The position numbers and the translations under genes are program-made. 64,000 bases of DNA from Squalus acanthias (Eukaryota): contig CM059425.1 of assembly GCA_030390025.1 (NCBI GenBank), positions 176,950,001 to 177,014,000 on the forward strand, in the 5' to 3' direction. The notes under the pieces are model-generated. The model saw only the letters and a list, made by a program, of their open reading frames with translations, did not search any database and had not been told where the DNA came from. How positions within the stretch are numbered: the first letter of the stretch is position 1; each line of letters opens with the position of its first letter. Below are positions 48,480-62,871 of this stretch, piece after piece.

Positions 48480-50848
48480 TTTGTGTTTGTATTAGAGGCT
48501 TCCCTGACTTTCAAAATTGTTCAAAGCAGATTTGGACAAAGGTGTTAAGTAAAACATTATAAATCTCATGTTACGGCAGTTAGCAAAGTGTTTGGGGAAC
48601 TTCTGTTCTAGAAATATTGAACAACTTATACTTTGACCCATAGACCCTTGACACGTTTACCGACCTCCCCTATCTCGATTGCCGGGGAGCGTCCTCAAGG
48701 GTCTTCAGCTGCAGCTTCCTGCCACTGGTTTTTCCCCCAGGCCAGGCTGTCCATTTGTCCGGCTGCTGGGCAAGAAACGGAACACAAAAATGATAATGAG
48801 GTTCTGACATTAAGTTCAGCAGGACCTCCGCGTCCCCGGCCTTACCGGGTTCTTTCGCTATTTTTTTCCTCCCCCGCATCCTCCCTGCCTCCCCGTAGAT
48901 ATCAAGGCTACTGCAACTGACAAAGGATAACAGATGACTGGCAGTGCATTAGAATGAAGCAATTCAATAAGCAGCTCTGAGGACATCAAAAACCGTTAGT
49001 GTAACAAGATCAGTTTTTTGAGTCAGCAAAATCTGAGATTGAATTATTGGCTTATCAGTTATCCTTTATAAAAAAAAAAATCTGTGGTCTACATCTGTTT
49101 TAGAATAGCTAAGACACTGAGAATAGCAGAGAGCTTTGTGACATAGGTTAAAAAGAAAACAGACACAGAGCTGAAGGAACAGCATCATGTAGCTGGTGCT
49201 ATTTATAATACCAATTTTTGGTCTACTAGAAATTGGGCAAATACACCATACACTGGGTATTCTAAAACTATGCTTAAGGGACAACAGTTAACACATATGA
49301 AGACTTTTCAGTTTACTACAGACCGGATCTAAGAAACAGAATGTAGATTGTCTAGTCATGACAAGTTTACTCAACTGCATTCGAGACATTAGATTACCCA
49401 GGCGTTGACATTTTATTGTCCACTTTCTCTCCTCCTTTCCTGACGGTGCTGACTCTTTGTTCCACAGTTGCTCTCTGGCACCTCACCCGGGTGGCCATTT
49501 TGCATATGTAAAGCAGTGAATGTGAACAGGGAGAAGAGGATAGTACCATCACAGGCAAGCCTGATGCTGTCCACATCTGACTTACACACATTACACTTTC
49601 TAGGATTATCATTATGAATGTTGCCATAGATGATTTTCCAATTTCCCCAGCCCCAGGACTACGAGGCCAACTGCGGTAATCTTACTAGCACTCCAGTGAG
49701 ATCAACTAACTCAGCATAAATTCGGGTATAATGCAACTACTCACTAAATTACAGAGTGAACTATTTTGGCACAGAAGAGTAAATTTTCTAAGTTCTCACC
49801 CATGGTGAGATATCTTGCGTGTCATGAGCATGCATCAGAAAATTGAGAACTTGCTGCTCGTGAATTTCCAATTCATGCTCATGATGTACAAAGTATCTCA
49901 TCATGGGCAAGTACTCAGAAAATCTACATAAGATGTGAAAAAATAGCTTCTTGGAGAAATCTGCTTGCCTGACTTCCACTCCTATCTTTGAGGCCACCAG
50001 TATCAACGGGTTTATTATTGAGAGCATCCGAAATCATTATTGTTCAAATGGGTGATGAGTGTAGACTGTGTAAAGAGATGCAAATCAATTAGCTGTGGGG
50101 CTGGTTATTACATTGAAGGTCTGTGCCCTGTGTCATTGTTGCTGAGACTGGTGATGACAATCTGGGCTCAACAAACCTGCATGTCCAGCTCCTCTAATTC
50201 ATAAACTATTACAATGAGCACATTGTAGATTTGTGAATTTATTTTTAGCTAATATTTTAATATATTCAGTCAATATGTGAGGTGTAATAGCAGTATCAGG
50301 GTGGGGGAAGATACTGGGAAGTTTCAAATTACCATTCACATTGGTAGTTGGTGCATTGGCACTGGGATGAGACCAAACCCTAACATCAATCTTATTTGTG
50401 CTGGTGGCAATTCAAAACTAGTGTGGGTCGGTTAAAGTGGCAAACAGATCAGGTTTCAGAATGAATCCACTACAAATGATGTATTAAACACATTGGAGGT
50501 GAAATTTGTCTTCGGCAATAGCACAAAACAGGCAGTAGCGAATCTGGAGCCTGTTTTACACCATGCCTGATTTTCTTCAAGACCAATTTCCCAATATATG
50601 GAATACCTGTTCAGTTATAAAATAGCTAATTTTGTTCAAAATACATTTTTCCCAGAATTTTATAAAAAGTTATTGAACATTGTGGATGGTTTATAAAATA
50701 ATCTACAAATCTTGTTAACTGGTAGCAAGTTATAGTACAATTGTAACAAGCACTGCTAAAAAAAAAATCCTAACTGGGTAAATATGTTTGTTCTGCCTTC
50801 TCGGCCAATAGAGGTTATCTTGATCCATTTACTAATGGCTATAACATA

Positions 50849-51374
50849 TGCGGAGATGCCGGTGTTGGACTGGGGTGGACAAAAATGAGAAGTCGCACAA
50901 CACCAGGTTATAGTCCAACAGTTTTATTTGAAATCACAAGCTTTCGGAGCTTACACCCCTTCCTCAGGTGAGGTAAAGAAATACAGAATCGACAAAGCAT
51001 ATATAGATAGAGAACAATGCATGTGTAACTTACAATGGCAGACGACTACATTTAAATCATCCTGACTGTTTATCTGCCGAGGTGTGACAAAAGGCAATCA
51101 GGTCAGCCAGGAAGGTACCACATCAAAGACATAGCAAGATACAACTGAGACAATGAGGTGGAGTCACAGGGGGTCCAATGTGTCAAAAGCCGCAGTTGGT
51201 ATGGGAAACGATAAACTTTAAAATTTTTACTTTTTTACTGGGAATCACATCTGTGAACAAGCCAACGACGACTCGAGTCTGGATCACGTCATGTATCGTG
51301 ACATAAACCCAAGATCCCGGTTGAGGCCGTCCTCATGAGTGCGGAACTTGGCTATCAGTTTCTGCTCGATGATA
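50849..51374 (-). mobile_element. Penelope-like 3' fragment, non-inverted, with hammerhead motif at 50934-50971
   Basis: End of GIY-YIG (EQKLIAKFRTHEDGLNRDLG), the same 3' UTR and tail as the 31.6-32.9 kb element, 9-bp TSD TATAACATA. Confidence 0.88.
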
Positions 51375-51436
51375 TATAACATAGGTAGCTCTAAAGACTG
51401 ATAATAAGCCTGTACTATATAAAGTTGGAAGTATTG

Positions 51437-52120
51437 GCCCAGATTTTGATGCTGTGGGGCATCTTGGGCGTGCCCTGTTTGACATGTTCATGCATGTTCA
51501 GGTTTTAAAATTTTTTGCCCACAAAGTTGCTGGAAGTGCGAGCTGATAACAGCACAGCGAGTGCAACAGGGCATCTGAGACCTTGGTGGACAACAGGACA
51601 AACAGTCTATCTCCTTAACAAATGAGATTAAAGGGTTGGGAAATAAATAGGGGAAGGACTGTGAAGGAGGGTGAATTCAATGTCAAATCAGGTACAGAGA
51701 AAAAAAGAAACAGAAAGGAAAAGTAAGAAAAAAAATTACATTTTAAAAATCTCCTACAACAATTCTCAACCTGAAGGAATGAGACTCCACACTTATAATT
51801 GTTCACTTTCTGGGAAAGAGTTTGTTTGTCATTAATAATGATCACATCATTAAAAGGGTACTTACACCGTTAATTACTAGACTTAACTTTCTGCAGCGAG
51901 ATTAATGGCAATAAATGTGCCAATGCAGCAACTTCATGAAAATCATAGGGAGGTTAAGTGTGACATGCCGCATTCACAAAGCTAACGGCGGAGTGGAGCA
52001 AATTGTCCAGCAACTTGTGGCGATTCACGGAGTATCTCTTCCTCGCTGCAAGTTGCTGGCCGATTTGCACGTTAATAACAGCGTATGTTGTTCAGACGCT
52101 GTTATTTTTTCAGCATAATC
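51437..52120. mobile_element. MITE-like element
   Basis: Begins GGCCCAGATTTTG like the element at 60372. Internal AAGTTGCTGG/CCAGCAACTT repeats. Right end unclear. Confidence 0.45.
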
Positions 52121-53259
52121 TTTAATATAATAAACCGTTGCCCCTTTGAAGAAACTTATACCTCAAAGGAGTGTGTTGATGGCACACACACATGGTCCTC
52201 CTGCTACCGACAGCACTTCCAAATATAAAGGAGGTGATCCCCTCCCCACAGAGGTTTGACGGCATCACCCATATCAATTGCACATATTCTGCATTGCACA
52301 GAGTCAAGATCAAATGTAATCTTCAGATGAAGCGAGATTAGACAGCGGGGGATAATTGGACCAGGTGTGCAGACATAATTCGCTCCGTATTTTAAACTCA
52401 TGTATTCAGTCCCTTTTTTATATAATACTTTGATTACATATTATTTATAGCTAAATATGAGCGAAGCAGAGAATTGAGTTAGTTGGAGTTTAGGAGCTTC
52501 TCTGCCCTGAGGAATTGGGAGATGCAAAATAGAAGTGCTACAGCACTATGGCTGGTCGGAGGGTGTAATGACTGTACAACAGATGTATGTACAGTTTCCA
52601 GTATAAATGTAAGATAAAAAAATCTTACATCTGCATGCACTTGTACTTTAACATGTATAGATCTGTTTTGCTGAGATAAGTGGATTTTCTTCTACAGTTC
52701 TCAAAGAAAAGGTCAGATGTTTCATGTAATCCTTTTGTGGTTTGACATTTAAACATGCCAAACAACAAATTAGTCACACAGAGACTGATTGTAGCAACAT
52801 TGTGTCACCAGAACACCTTCACCCACCTGGCTAGTGCATGCACAGCTACAGAAATCTTGGATATGTGCAAAATACTGATATACCTTAAAAAGAACTCTTC
52901 AACCTGCCTCAATTTGCATTAGTGACTCAAACTGGAGAGAACACAGAGCTGGTTGGAATACTGCTCTCCCTGGACACTGCCAGGAAGGTAAAAGTGCTTA
53001 TAGTTCTGTTTAAGGTCAGGAGGTATGTAATTTGGTATTGTAGCAGCCATGGCTGGATCTGATGTTACTTTCAGATATAGAGCTTTTATCTGATTACAGC
53101 TTTCAACTATTGTCTCGTACTTTAATGTAAGTTCAAAGTCCCCTTCTACTCAGTCATTTACTGTACACTCGTTAACAGATAGTCTATTCAAATTCAACTA
53201 TCTAATTGGACTGACCAGTGGATACTAATTGCTATGTTGAACTGCTTTTATATTGTGTT

Positions 53260-55820
53260 TAATGGAGGTTGTAGAATCACCAGCTCCCAATGCATGGATC
53301 TCACATATCCAATGGCAACCTCAGAGTAAATTTAATGGGTTGACTTCAGCCCTCATCCAGCAGGCCACTGGAGTTCTCAAACAACAATTTGACTGCTTAG
53401 ACAGGGCTGGTGGCTTCCTCCAATACAGCTCAGGGAAAGTGTTCGATATTACAATGGTTTTCTGCATAACTTTGCTCTGTAAAAGGGACAACACACGGAG
53501 CCACGATTGGATGAGGACCGTGAAGCATTTGACAAAGACTACATAGATGATAGAGGATGGCGAAGAAATGGGAGGGCACCAACACCAGATTGTAGCCAGA
53601 CCAGCTCACGGAACAGCACTTCAGCTGAACAATCTATTCCCCCCACTGCACTGTCACGTCCAACATCTGTCCCAGTCCTTCCACCCTCCAATAATCTACT
53701 TCCACCCATAGACCAGTGTTCATATACTTGTCACCTGACACTGTAGGGACACCAATTACTACAGGAATACTCTGCACACACAGATTTCAAAACGATTTAT
53801 CATTTTACTGGCTTATACAAATGCCTACAAACTAATTACCACCCAGGTGATCCCATAGGGCCTTTCTTAAATGATCTCTTACCTATTCTACTACTCCTAC
53901 AAGATGCTCCATCTGTGAATTCTGCAGGGAAGGTGGAAAACACTGTGGCTCAGATGAGGGTTCTTGAGATGCTCCTGGCTGGTGATTTCGAGGAGCTCAG
54001 GCCTGAAAAAGACCCCACTGCAGACTGCAGCATCTTGGGAAGTCTGGCCCAGCTGACTTTCTAGCACCAGTGTGTGCACTGGTTAAGGGGGTGACGACGG
54101 TGCAGACATTCTGTCATCCTTAAAGAAGGCAACATACTCCACTCCCATTACACAACTGCCCCTGCTATTGAGCTGCAGCTCCGCTCTCCCACTGATCTGT
54201 AGGAGAGCAGAATGTAGGAGACCCTTGATGTGACTGAAGCCCCTGTCCATTCAGTCTTCTAACCAGTCCAAGGTGAAGGAGATGGTGGAGCCCAGAGCTT
54301 GCATAGCTCCAGTATGAAATCCCTGAGAGATGCTACTACTGGTGCCACAGATTCCTGCAAGGAGGGCCCGGTTGCAACGTCCACCGAGTTCACCACATGC
54401 TCCATGGTTGACTGCAGAGTGTCAATGTGAGGAGCCCACACAAGTTGGTAGTGGACTCCTCCACCATCACCAACATGTGGCGGTAGATCCCAGACGGTCA
54501 GTCCAACACATGCTGTGCCCATTTTTCTTTTGAAGCTGGGTCACTAAGGTCTGCACCTCTGTCTTCAACAAAGCTAGGATCGGAGCTTGCTCTCCAGCCA
54601 ATTGTTTTCTAGGCTGCCTTTTCCACTTGCACCTGCACACCTCCTGTTCAGACCCCTATAACTCTATCTATACTACCCAGGCTTGACATCAGTGCTGGTA
54701 ATTGGGAAGGTATGAGAGAGTGACCTTGCATCTTTGGGAGAGTTGACCTCCTTTTCCATCTGCGCGGCTGCAAGGCCCCAGCAGTCAGAATGGCAGAGGG
54801 ACAAGGATTAGGACGTAATGGCAAGGGTAATCGGTAGCAAATGAATGGTAATGCAATGCCACCCAGGGAGTGAGTGAGTGTATGTGCATGCCAGTTGGGT
54901 GGAAAGAGTAAAGGAAAGGAAAATGGCCAAACACCCTGCTGTGCCTTGCCATCTCCAACCCTGTGTGGCCTCCCTCTGACAAGGATGTGGATTGTGGCGT
55001 CCTCCATTGGAGTGAGTCTGCAACATGCCTGCACCTCCTCACGGTTTTACCAGTCTTCCTTCTGTTGTGTACAAGCTTGTTCTGCAAGAAGATTGGGAGT
55101 GGGTTCGTGTGTTACCTGTAAAAAAGGTCGAAGATAAAGTGAGGCAGTTTAGCATAGCGTGCATAAGAAGCAGCAGCAAGTACATGCAAGGTGGGGTAGG
55201 GGGTGGTCACTGAATGAAAGAAAGTGTATACAGTGTGAAGTATCAAAGAACTTAACAGAAATGTGAGAACTAATCCATCCAAACAAAATAGAAGCAAAAT
55301 GTTGTTTGGGCCAGCTTTGAGGGCAGTAGCAGGTGTTGAGCATGAGTGCAAGCATAGAGAGATGTAGTGAAATGTCCTGTTGTGATTGGAGGAGAGGCTT
55401 ATGCAGTCAAGGAGGGCAGGGTTGGTAGTGCTGGGAGAAAAAGTGTGGTGTAGTAGGGCTAAGTTCAGAATATGAGAGCTTTGATAGGAGTTTTACTTTG
55501 GCAGTCATGGTAAGGACATTAAACCTTTTCCAGCACTGCAGCCAGGTGCTGGGAGTGTTCCTGGCCCTGTCTTCTTCAAAATGCACCTCCACCGCAGTAT
55601 CAGAAAATAGGGGTGCAGTGAACATCGAGCCTGCTACTCCACAATGTGCTTTCCACATATCGCCAATGAAAACTACACCTGCCCTTTAAGAGATGTAGGC
55701 TGGCTTTAAGAAGCAGTAGGTCTGCTGGATTTCTCGCCCTTCCAAACGGCGGGCTGCCATTAATCAGCACGGTTAGCATTGGCAGTTCAGCATTCATATT
55801 TAAGTGAGGCCTAATCACCA
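53260..55820. mobile_element. Third, older Harbinger relic: transposase C-terminus (+) and Myb gene (-)
   Basis: LIQQATGVLKQQFDCLDRAGGFLQYSSGKV near 53350-53450 (+) and APLFSDTAVE..WLQCWKRFNVLTMTAK near 55500-55620 (-). Confidence 0.7.
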
Positions 55821-55926
55821 TACTGGTAACCTATTCCAGAGGTCAGTGACTCTCTTCAAAAAGAACTCTATGCTTTCGTATCTTGTACTGATGTCCCCTA
55901 GTTCTCCACCTGGCTATCGAGATCAA

Positions 55927-56370
55927 GTCATAGAATGATACAGCACAGGAGACTGCCATTTGGCCCATTGTGCCTCTGCCGGGTCTTTGAAAGAGCTATC
56001 CAATTAGTCTCACTCGCCTGCTTGTCCCCCCCATAGCCCTGCAAATGTTTCCCCTTCAAGTATTTATCCAATTCCCCTTTGAAAGTTACTATTGAATCTA
56101 CTTCCACCAGCCTTTCAGGCAATGCATTCCAAATCATAACTTACTGTGCAAAAAAATCCTCAACCTATCCATGTAGACAGAATCTAATCCTTTCATAATT
56201 TTAAAGTATCATATCCATCGAAGTGCATGCTATTCCAAGGTAAAAAGTCCCAGCCTCTCCAGATAAGTAAGGGCCCTTAAACTAGGTCTCACTTGTGTGG
56301 TCCTTCTCTGAACCTTTTTCAGGGCCTTGATATCCACACCACATGATGGGAACAAAACTGGACACAGTAA
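55927..56370 (-). mobile_element. CR1 LINE 3' fragment
   Basis: IWNALPERLVEVDSIVTFKGELDKYLK plus a CR1 tail. Confidence 0.8.
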
Positions 56371-57679
56371 AAATTAATTAATAAATTAAAAAGGTCCAAA
56401 TGGGCAATTTTATATCATCTAATCAGTAATGCTAATGTAGTTACTCACACAATAAAATTCTACATTATAGTGAAAATATACCTGAATGGAACAAAACATT
56501 TTATTTTTGTGAAGCTCTGAATGCCCATCTTCTGTTGTTTTTCTATCCAAGAGTGATGGCATTTTCTTGATCACTGGAGGCTAATGCCTCTATGTACAAA
56601 GCACATATCCATCCACCTGTGCCTTAGTAAACCCTTAGGCTATGCTTTTCACAACTATTTACTCCAAATCGTCTGCAGGAAATTTGTCAACCTTTGCCGT
56701 ACAATCTTCTAATGACCAGTGAATTTTGGTCAGTATTTAGAGCCACAACTGTCTAAGCAGTCTATACACTGGAGAATAAGGGCATGGAATTTGAAATTTT
56801 GAGGAAGGTGTAAAATGAAATTACTGCCAGTAAAACGATTTATTGCATTGTCAATTAGTTACTTTAAAGTCATCAAATAGTAAGACTTCCCTTGATGGTT
56901 CAATGAATAAGTGCATCACATGGTGTAGTACAGAGCCATACAGACTATGGGCCCAGGTTCAATCCCTGCTCTGTGCTCTTCTTGCAGGCTTTTCATTTTG
57001 CATCAATGCTCTTGAGCTAGGACAGAGTAGAGGAAGATTGGAAATTGGGAGAAAAAACATTCCCAAACCTATTTGTTATCCAGTGGCCCTGGTGATGGTG
57101 GACATGTGAACATTAGTTTGACTAAGATTTCCCCATGATTAAATAATCCAACAATCACTGTTCAGTCTTACAAATGGAGAATGGCCACTTGTGTGAAATA
57201 CTAGAGGACCACCACCAGCAACTGTCTTCAGAAAAGGGAAGGAGGGAAAACTAGTAGAGAAACAAAAAAAAAATCTTTCATTGTTTAGACTACAAGGAGA
57301 AATTGTATATGGCTGCAAAGCAATGCTAACCAGGGCTTCCAGTCACAAAACACTTAACCTCTGTCATGATGTTTCCAAGTAGTCTCAAAACTGCAAACAA
57401 TTTTATGTCAGACATAATCTGAAAAAGCAGTATTTTCTTTAGATTAATCTCTCTGCAGCAGAGTTAAAAATGCAAATATTGTTAGTAAATCTGCAATTAA
57501 TTTGAGATAATATTCACTGAATTAAGTTATCTGTATCTACTTAGCATGATGCAATCCATTGTTCGAGACAGTAAAAAAGGGCTTTTATTTACATGGATGA
57601 GGCTCTTTACTTTATTCACTTGGGTCAGAGGAAGTAGCTGGGGACTTCCTAAAAGAAGTTAGATGAAAATGAAGGTGAG

Positions 57680-58170
57680 CAAATTAGTGGCAGATGAAAT
57701 TGGATACAGATAACTACAAGGTACTACACATTAGCAGGAAAAATGGATATCATAAATATACAATGGATAGTTTAGAAATAGCTAAAGGTGATGTGGAAAG
57801 GGCGTGATGGTAGATTTGTCATTTAACACATCAAATCACTGTAGTGCAGCAATAAACAAAGCAAATGGAAAGCTAAATTATACTGCTAGGTCTTTTGAGT
57901 AAAAGTTGGAAGATGTCACACTAAAACTCTTGCATGCCCTAGAGTGTGTGTTCAATTTTGGTGACTAAGACATAAGGAAAATATTTAAGCCCTTTAAGCA
58001 GTGCAGAGAAGAGCCATGAGGCTGATCCCTGGCATCAAAGGCTTGAACTGTGAGGAAAGACCAAAGAAATTGGACTGTTTAGCCTTGAAAGGAGGTGACT
58101 CGGAGGGGCCATTATAGAAGTATACAAGATATTAAATGGCATGGAGAAAGTAAATTCCTTTAATACTCCA
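57680..58170 (+). mobile_element. Old CR1 fragment
   Basis: TGGCAGATGAAATT..GTGCAGAGAAGAGCC..TTTAGCCTTGAAAGGAGG..GAAGTATACAAGAT. Confidence 0.65.
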
Positions 58171-59009
58171 GCAAAGATGTGATCTTTCTTTCTCTTAAGT
58201 GATTTGTCCATCTTGAAAACTCTCAAAATAAAGGAAATCGTCTTAACAGTGTGTCTGATTTTTGTCTATTGTGCTTTGACATAAAAGATTGCCTGGGTGC
58301 ACGTATAAAAGAAAATCAAGAATTGCACAATGCATAATAGAGCCCACCCGATTTTCCATTTATTAGTGCAATTCCGGCAGCCTGATTTTCCTCTACATGC
58401 TGTGCCCAGGCACTCCTTTACATCCAAGTGCAATAAGAGGAAAATCTCCCCTAATTCAGGATTATCTCATTTCCAGATAATGCATTTTCTTCTGTCACAC
58501 ACACCTGTTGTGAACTTTGGATCCCTGAATGCCAAGAGTTAAAATGTCTGTTCAGGTTTGTCATTAGCTACTGTATACATAGGAAGCTGATGCTGCTGCT
58601 TTTATGTCAAGTAATAGGTCACAAGCGCAGTATGACTATCATAAAGCACCTGGATGCTGGCACAGCAGCTGGACCACACAGTAGCTCATCTTAAGGGAAA
58701 AGCCTGTCCATGTGCTGGCTGGTATGTCTTCTTACAACTGCAGGACTAAGGACTAATGATATTATACTAGTTATTATTTATTATAACACTGCTTATAGAA
58801 TCAGACATACATTTTAAACATCCCACTTTACTAAGTTAGACAGATAACTGGAATGCAAATATTTTCTAGATCTTTTGCAACTAAAATTTTTACAAACAAT
58901 GCATTTATTTCAAAACAAATACGTTGAGTGGATAAAATCGTTACCCTGCAGATAGGGAGATGACGACTAGTTTTATATCGGAGCCAGGAGTCTGAATGTG
59001 GGCTTTGCC

Positions 59010-59420
59010 GATAGCTCTGCTGGTTAAGATAGTGAGTAACTGAGCTATGCAGACTAGAAAAATTATAGGTTTGACTTGCGGCCTGTGTTGAGATATCTGA
59101 TCTCAGCTGGTGCAGCAGCAGCATTGCTACCACTGACCTCAGCACCCTCAGCTAGGGAGAGGAAAACTGGCAAAAATTCCCACACCTGATTGCTATCCAG
59201 AAAACACCTGTGAAAATGCGCACATGTGGATGTTAGGTGAGGACAGAATCAGACTTGGAGGTGATGCCCTCCTCTGCCCCAGGGCAAATAGCCTTCACTG
59301 TCGAGGCTCACACACGAATAATGAAGAATTGTTATGTCAACAAGTTCTCAGAGGGAACCTGGCACCTGTGAAACCACACTGCAGCAGGAATCAAAGTCTT
59401 CAGGAGAGGGAAACTTGATT
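59010..59420 (+). mobile_element. Ancient SINE resembling LF-SINE; diverged copies at about 20950-21530(-), 26780-27140(-), 34430-34640(+), 49420-49740(-), 56900-57250(+), 61330-61640(+) and 63560-63810(-)
   Basis: Shared motifs GATCTCAGC..CCTCAG..GCTAGGGAGAGGAAAA..CCTGATTGCTATCCAG..GAGGACAG..CACTGTC.AGGCTCACACA..CTTCAGGAGAGG. The family name is from memory. Confidence 0.6.
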
Positions 59421-60371
59421 TTAAAAAAAAGGAAGTACTAAGTGCAGTTTTAAAATAAAAACCTGGATGTTAATTGCCAATGCACTACTAACCCGGTTAA
59501 CTCCCATACCCGTCCTTCTCCATGTGAAAAACTTTTGCTGTTTCACCTTATTTTACTGCTTGTACAAAATAGCTATCCATCTTTTTCAAATATAAATTAT
59601 ACGTTTGTCTGCAGATACAGATATGCAGTTCACAACACAGTAGTGGCTGTGCAGTCCGTACGGGGCACTTACAGTGCTGGTATAATTGTCTACTGTATTT
59701 GTGAAATTTCTCTGAATAAAGGCACTGATCTTCTCTTGGCCTGAGTATGTATAGACTGCTAATGTCATCCAATTCAATGGAAAGAGTGTCAATGGTTTTC
59801 TTTTAGATATAAATAAATAAATAAATCAATCATACCAAATGCTCATGTGGATTGCATTTCATTTAAATCTCATTCTACTGTGATTTCTACTTCACATCAT
59901 TCTGCACCCTGGCTATAAAACTCAGTGAGAATCCTTTCAGTATTTTGATTGTTTACACACTGGTAATTGGCTGAGGAAAAAAAACTCACAGCTCAAGACC
60001 ATAAAACAGGGAACAAGAAAAGGCTTTTTGGCATATCAAGCAGACTTTTTCCAACAGACCATTTAAAGTTTGAACTACCTTGCAGTCTTCTGTTTACCTA
60101 CAATTGTAAGGGAAATGCACAATCGCAAGTAACATTTCCAAGTTGATGAAACTCTGTGAAGGTTCTCCCTGACCCCCGAAAGAAATCGAGCAGTAACTGA
60201 AGAGAGTCTATTTAAAATTATAATTTTAATTATTCAACCCTTACTGGAAGCATGGATATTCTATGTACCTGCTATAATGTCCTACACCTGGAGTTGAAAA
60301 TATCAGATCAGCTTATTACCATCACAAAACACTGGCAGTCATTCGGTAACTTTGCACTGCAGGAATACAAT

Positions 60372-61092
60372 GGCCCAGAAATTGATCTCGCTCTGTTCCC
60401 GCGGGGGTAAGGAGCAGGCGCGATCTCTCACTCCGCGTTGGCTTTTTCAGATCCAGCTCGCACGAACTTGATGTTCCAGACATCAGCTGGGCAGTGCTTG
60501 CGTATCCCACCGGCGTAGTGAATTCGTGCGAGCTGTGGGATCACGTGACTCAGTTAGAGCCAATGGCAGCACACCATCTTCCATTCATAAGTTTCACATA
60601 CGTGCTGTGAAAGCTATGAATCTTACACCCCCCCAAAATAACAGCTAAACCTCAATTAAATTAAAAAAAAACATCACATTAATAAAATAAGTATAGTTAA
60701 ATAACTTAACCATTTTAAATAAAAAATTAAATTTGAAAAAATTTAAAATCTTTAAAAAGTTATAAAAATAAACTTACCTGTCTTTAAAGTCTCTAAAAAA
60801 GATATACCTGTTAAAAAAAATTCAAAAAAATACTTAATTCACTACTTACCTTGTTAAAAGTGGGTCTTACTCCTCCTTTTTCCATTTCTAAAATCTTCCG
60901 TCCTTACCTGCGCGTCCAAAGCACTAAGTGCACAGCGTGCGCGCAGCCTGTAGCGCGCACGCGATGCACCGAGGAACCGCCCCCTTTTCCAAAGACCAAG
61001 TGCCGGTTTTCAGCGCATGCGCAGGGCATGCAGAAAACCGGCAATTGGAGAGAGAATACGCGGTCTCGCGCAGCGGGATCAATTTTTGGCCC
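60372..61092. mobile_element. Harbinger-type MITE, CpG-rich ends with an A-rich middle
   Basis: TIRs GGCCCAGAAATTGATCTCGC / GCGGGATCAATTTTTGGCCC and TSD AAT. Confidence 0.85.
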
Positions 61093-62219
61093 AATGTAAT
61101 GGCAAAATCAGAGGGGTAAAGTTTCGTCTTCACCGCATGGGCAGTAATCCGGTGGGGCGGATCGCCCACCCGTTATAGAACCCGGCCAATTTTTAAATCT
61201 ATGGAATTAATTTGGACGGCTACTATAATAAGTGGGTGGTCGATCTGCTCGCCAGATTACTGGCCAAAACGTTACAGGATGTCACTTTGGTATATATATG
61301 TGTGCATATGGCGTTAGACTATCTTATGTCTGATCCCAACTGGGGTATTGGAGGAATGACAGCACTTGGCCTCATTGCCTTTGGATTGGAGGAAAGAGGG
61401 GAAATCATTACCTGAGGTTCTTGCTTTCCATTATTACCTAACAATCTCTGCTGGAAATGCATGCATGTGGACATTGAAGGACAGTATTGGAGGCTTAGTT
61501 TTGATGGCCTCCAAAACTGATTAGCCAACTGAAAATCTCATGAAAATTGTTTACTGAAATGAGGTACTAGAGGGCCCTAACTGGTGGTGGAATCATATTA
61601 CCAACAGCCACCTTCAGGGTAGGAGGGCTAAGGAGAGAAAGTTAAAAGAAAACCAGGATACTCATACACTACACTTCTCCGTCAATTCTGAAATTAAAAT
61701 ACAAGAAAGTTAAATAGGTAAGTTTCTGCAAGTACAACTTTGGTGAAACATAGCCAGGAATATTTGCTCTTGTAGAGAGAGGGGCACAAGGGGGAAGAAA
61801 TGGTAATGTTAAAGGATCATTATTTTACTTGCAAATATGCCTTCTTCCATTTACACACTAAGCAAAATGTCTCTCTCCACACACACAAACATCATTCCCT
61901 GGAAAACCAGATATTAGATTGGTCCAAATAATTAGCTCTTATTCAGAGCAGTAATATGGCACAACCATCAGGAAATGCTCCGAATTAACTCTGTACATAC
62001 ACGCTCAACAGCTTTCAAACACACTGGCCAGTAATAAAAATAGTTTATTGTGCAGGCTATTGGACCAGCGTTAATGAGACATTGAACCATAGATTTTTAA
62101 AATTCACCATACTTTTTTTTAAAAAACTTTATTTTTTGTACTTGGGTGCAGAGCAGAAATTGTAGTCTTCAAACAGTTATGGGTGGTCTGCACTGAACAT
62201 TTTGAAAATGTAAGGGGGG

Positions 62220-62835
62220 CCCCGAGCTTCCGGTCGCCTGTCACTTTAATTCACCGCTCCACTCCCACTCAGACTTCACCGTCCTCGGCCTCTTGCATTG
62301 TTCCACGGAAGCTCAGCGTAAGCTCGAGGAACAGCACCTCATCTTTCGATTAGGCACTTTACAGCCTTCTGGACTCAACATAGAGTTCAACAATTTCAGC
62401 TCATAACCTGATATATATATTTTTTATCCACACTTTTTATTTGTGCCTTCTGTTCTTCTCTCCCACATGGCAGCTGTCTTTCATTCTGCCAGCGCAATTT
62501 ACACTTCATCTAGAGCCATCCTTTGTTTCTTAACCTGTCCCATTACCATCTCCTTTTGCCTTGAACATCTCTTAATGTCTCTTAACTTCTCCTGCCTTCT
62601 ATCCTATCACAGACCTTCCCTTTTGTTCTTTCATCCCCTCCATTTCACAGCCCCTACACTTGCTTGAAAATCTGTTCCATTTCCTGCTTTTTTCCAGTTC
62701 TGATGAAAGGTCATCGACCTGAAGCGTTAACTCTGTTTCTCTCTTCACAGATGCTGCCTGACCTGCTGAGTATCTCCAGCATTTTCTGTTCTTATTTCAG
62801 ATTTCCAGCATCTGCAGTATTTTCTTTGTTATTTT
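62220..62835 (+). mobile_element. Second Penelope-like family: GIY-YIG C-terminus, 3' UTR and hammerhead motif (62696-62732)
   Basis: ELPVACHFNSPLHSHSDFTVLGLLHCSTEAQRKLEEQHLIFRLGTLQPSGLNIEFNNFSS*. Hammerhead AGTT-CTGATGA-A-AGGTC/atc/GACCT-GAAGCGTT-AACT. Confidence 0.85.
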
Positions 62836-62871
62836 GAAATTGATAGTCTATTGCACTGATTAAAAATATAT

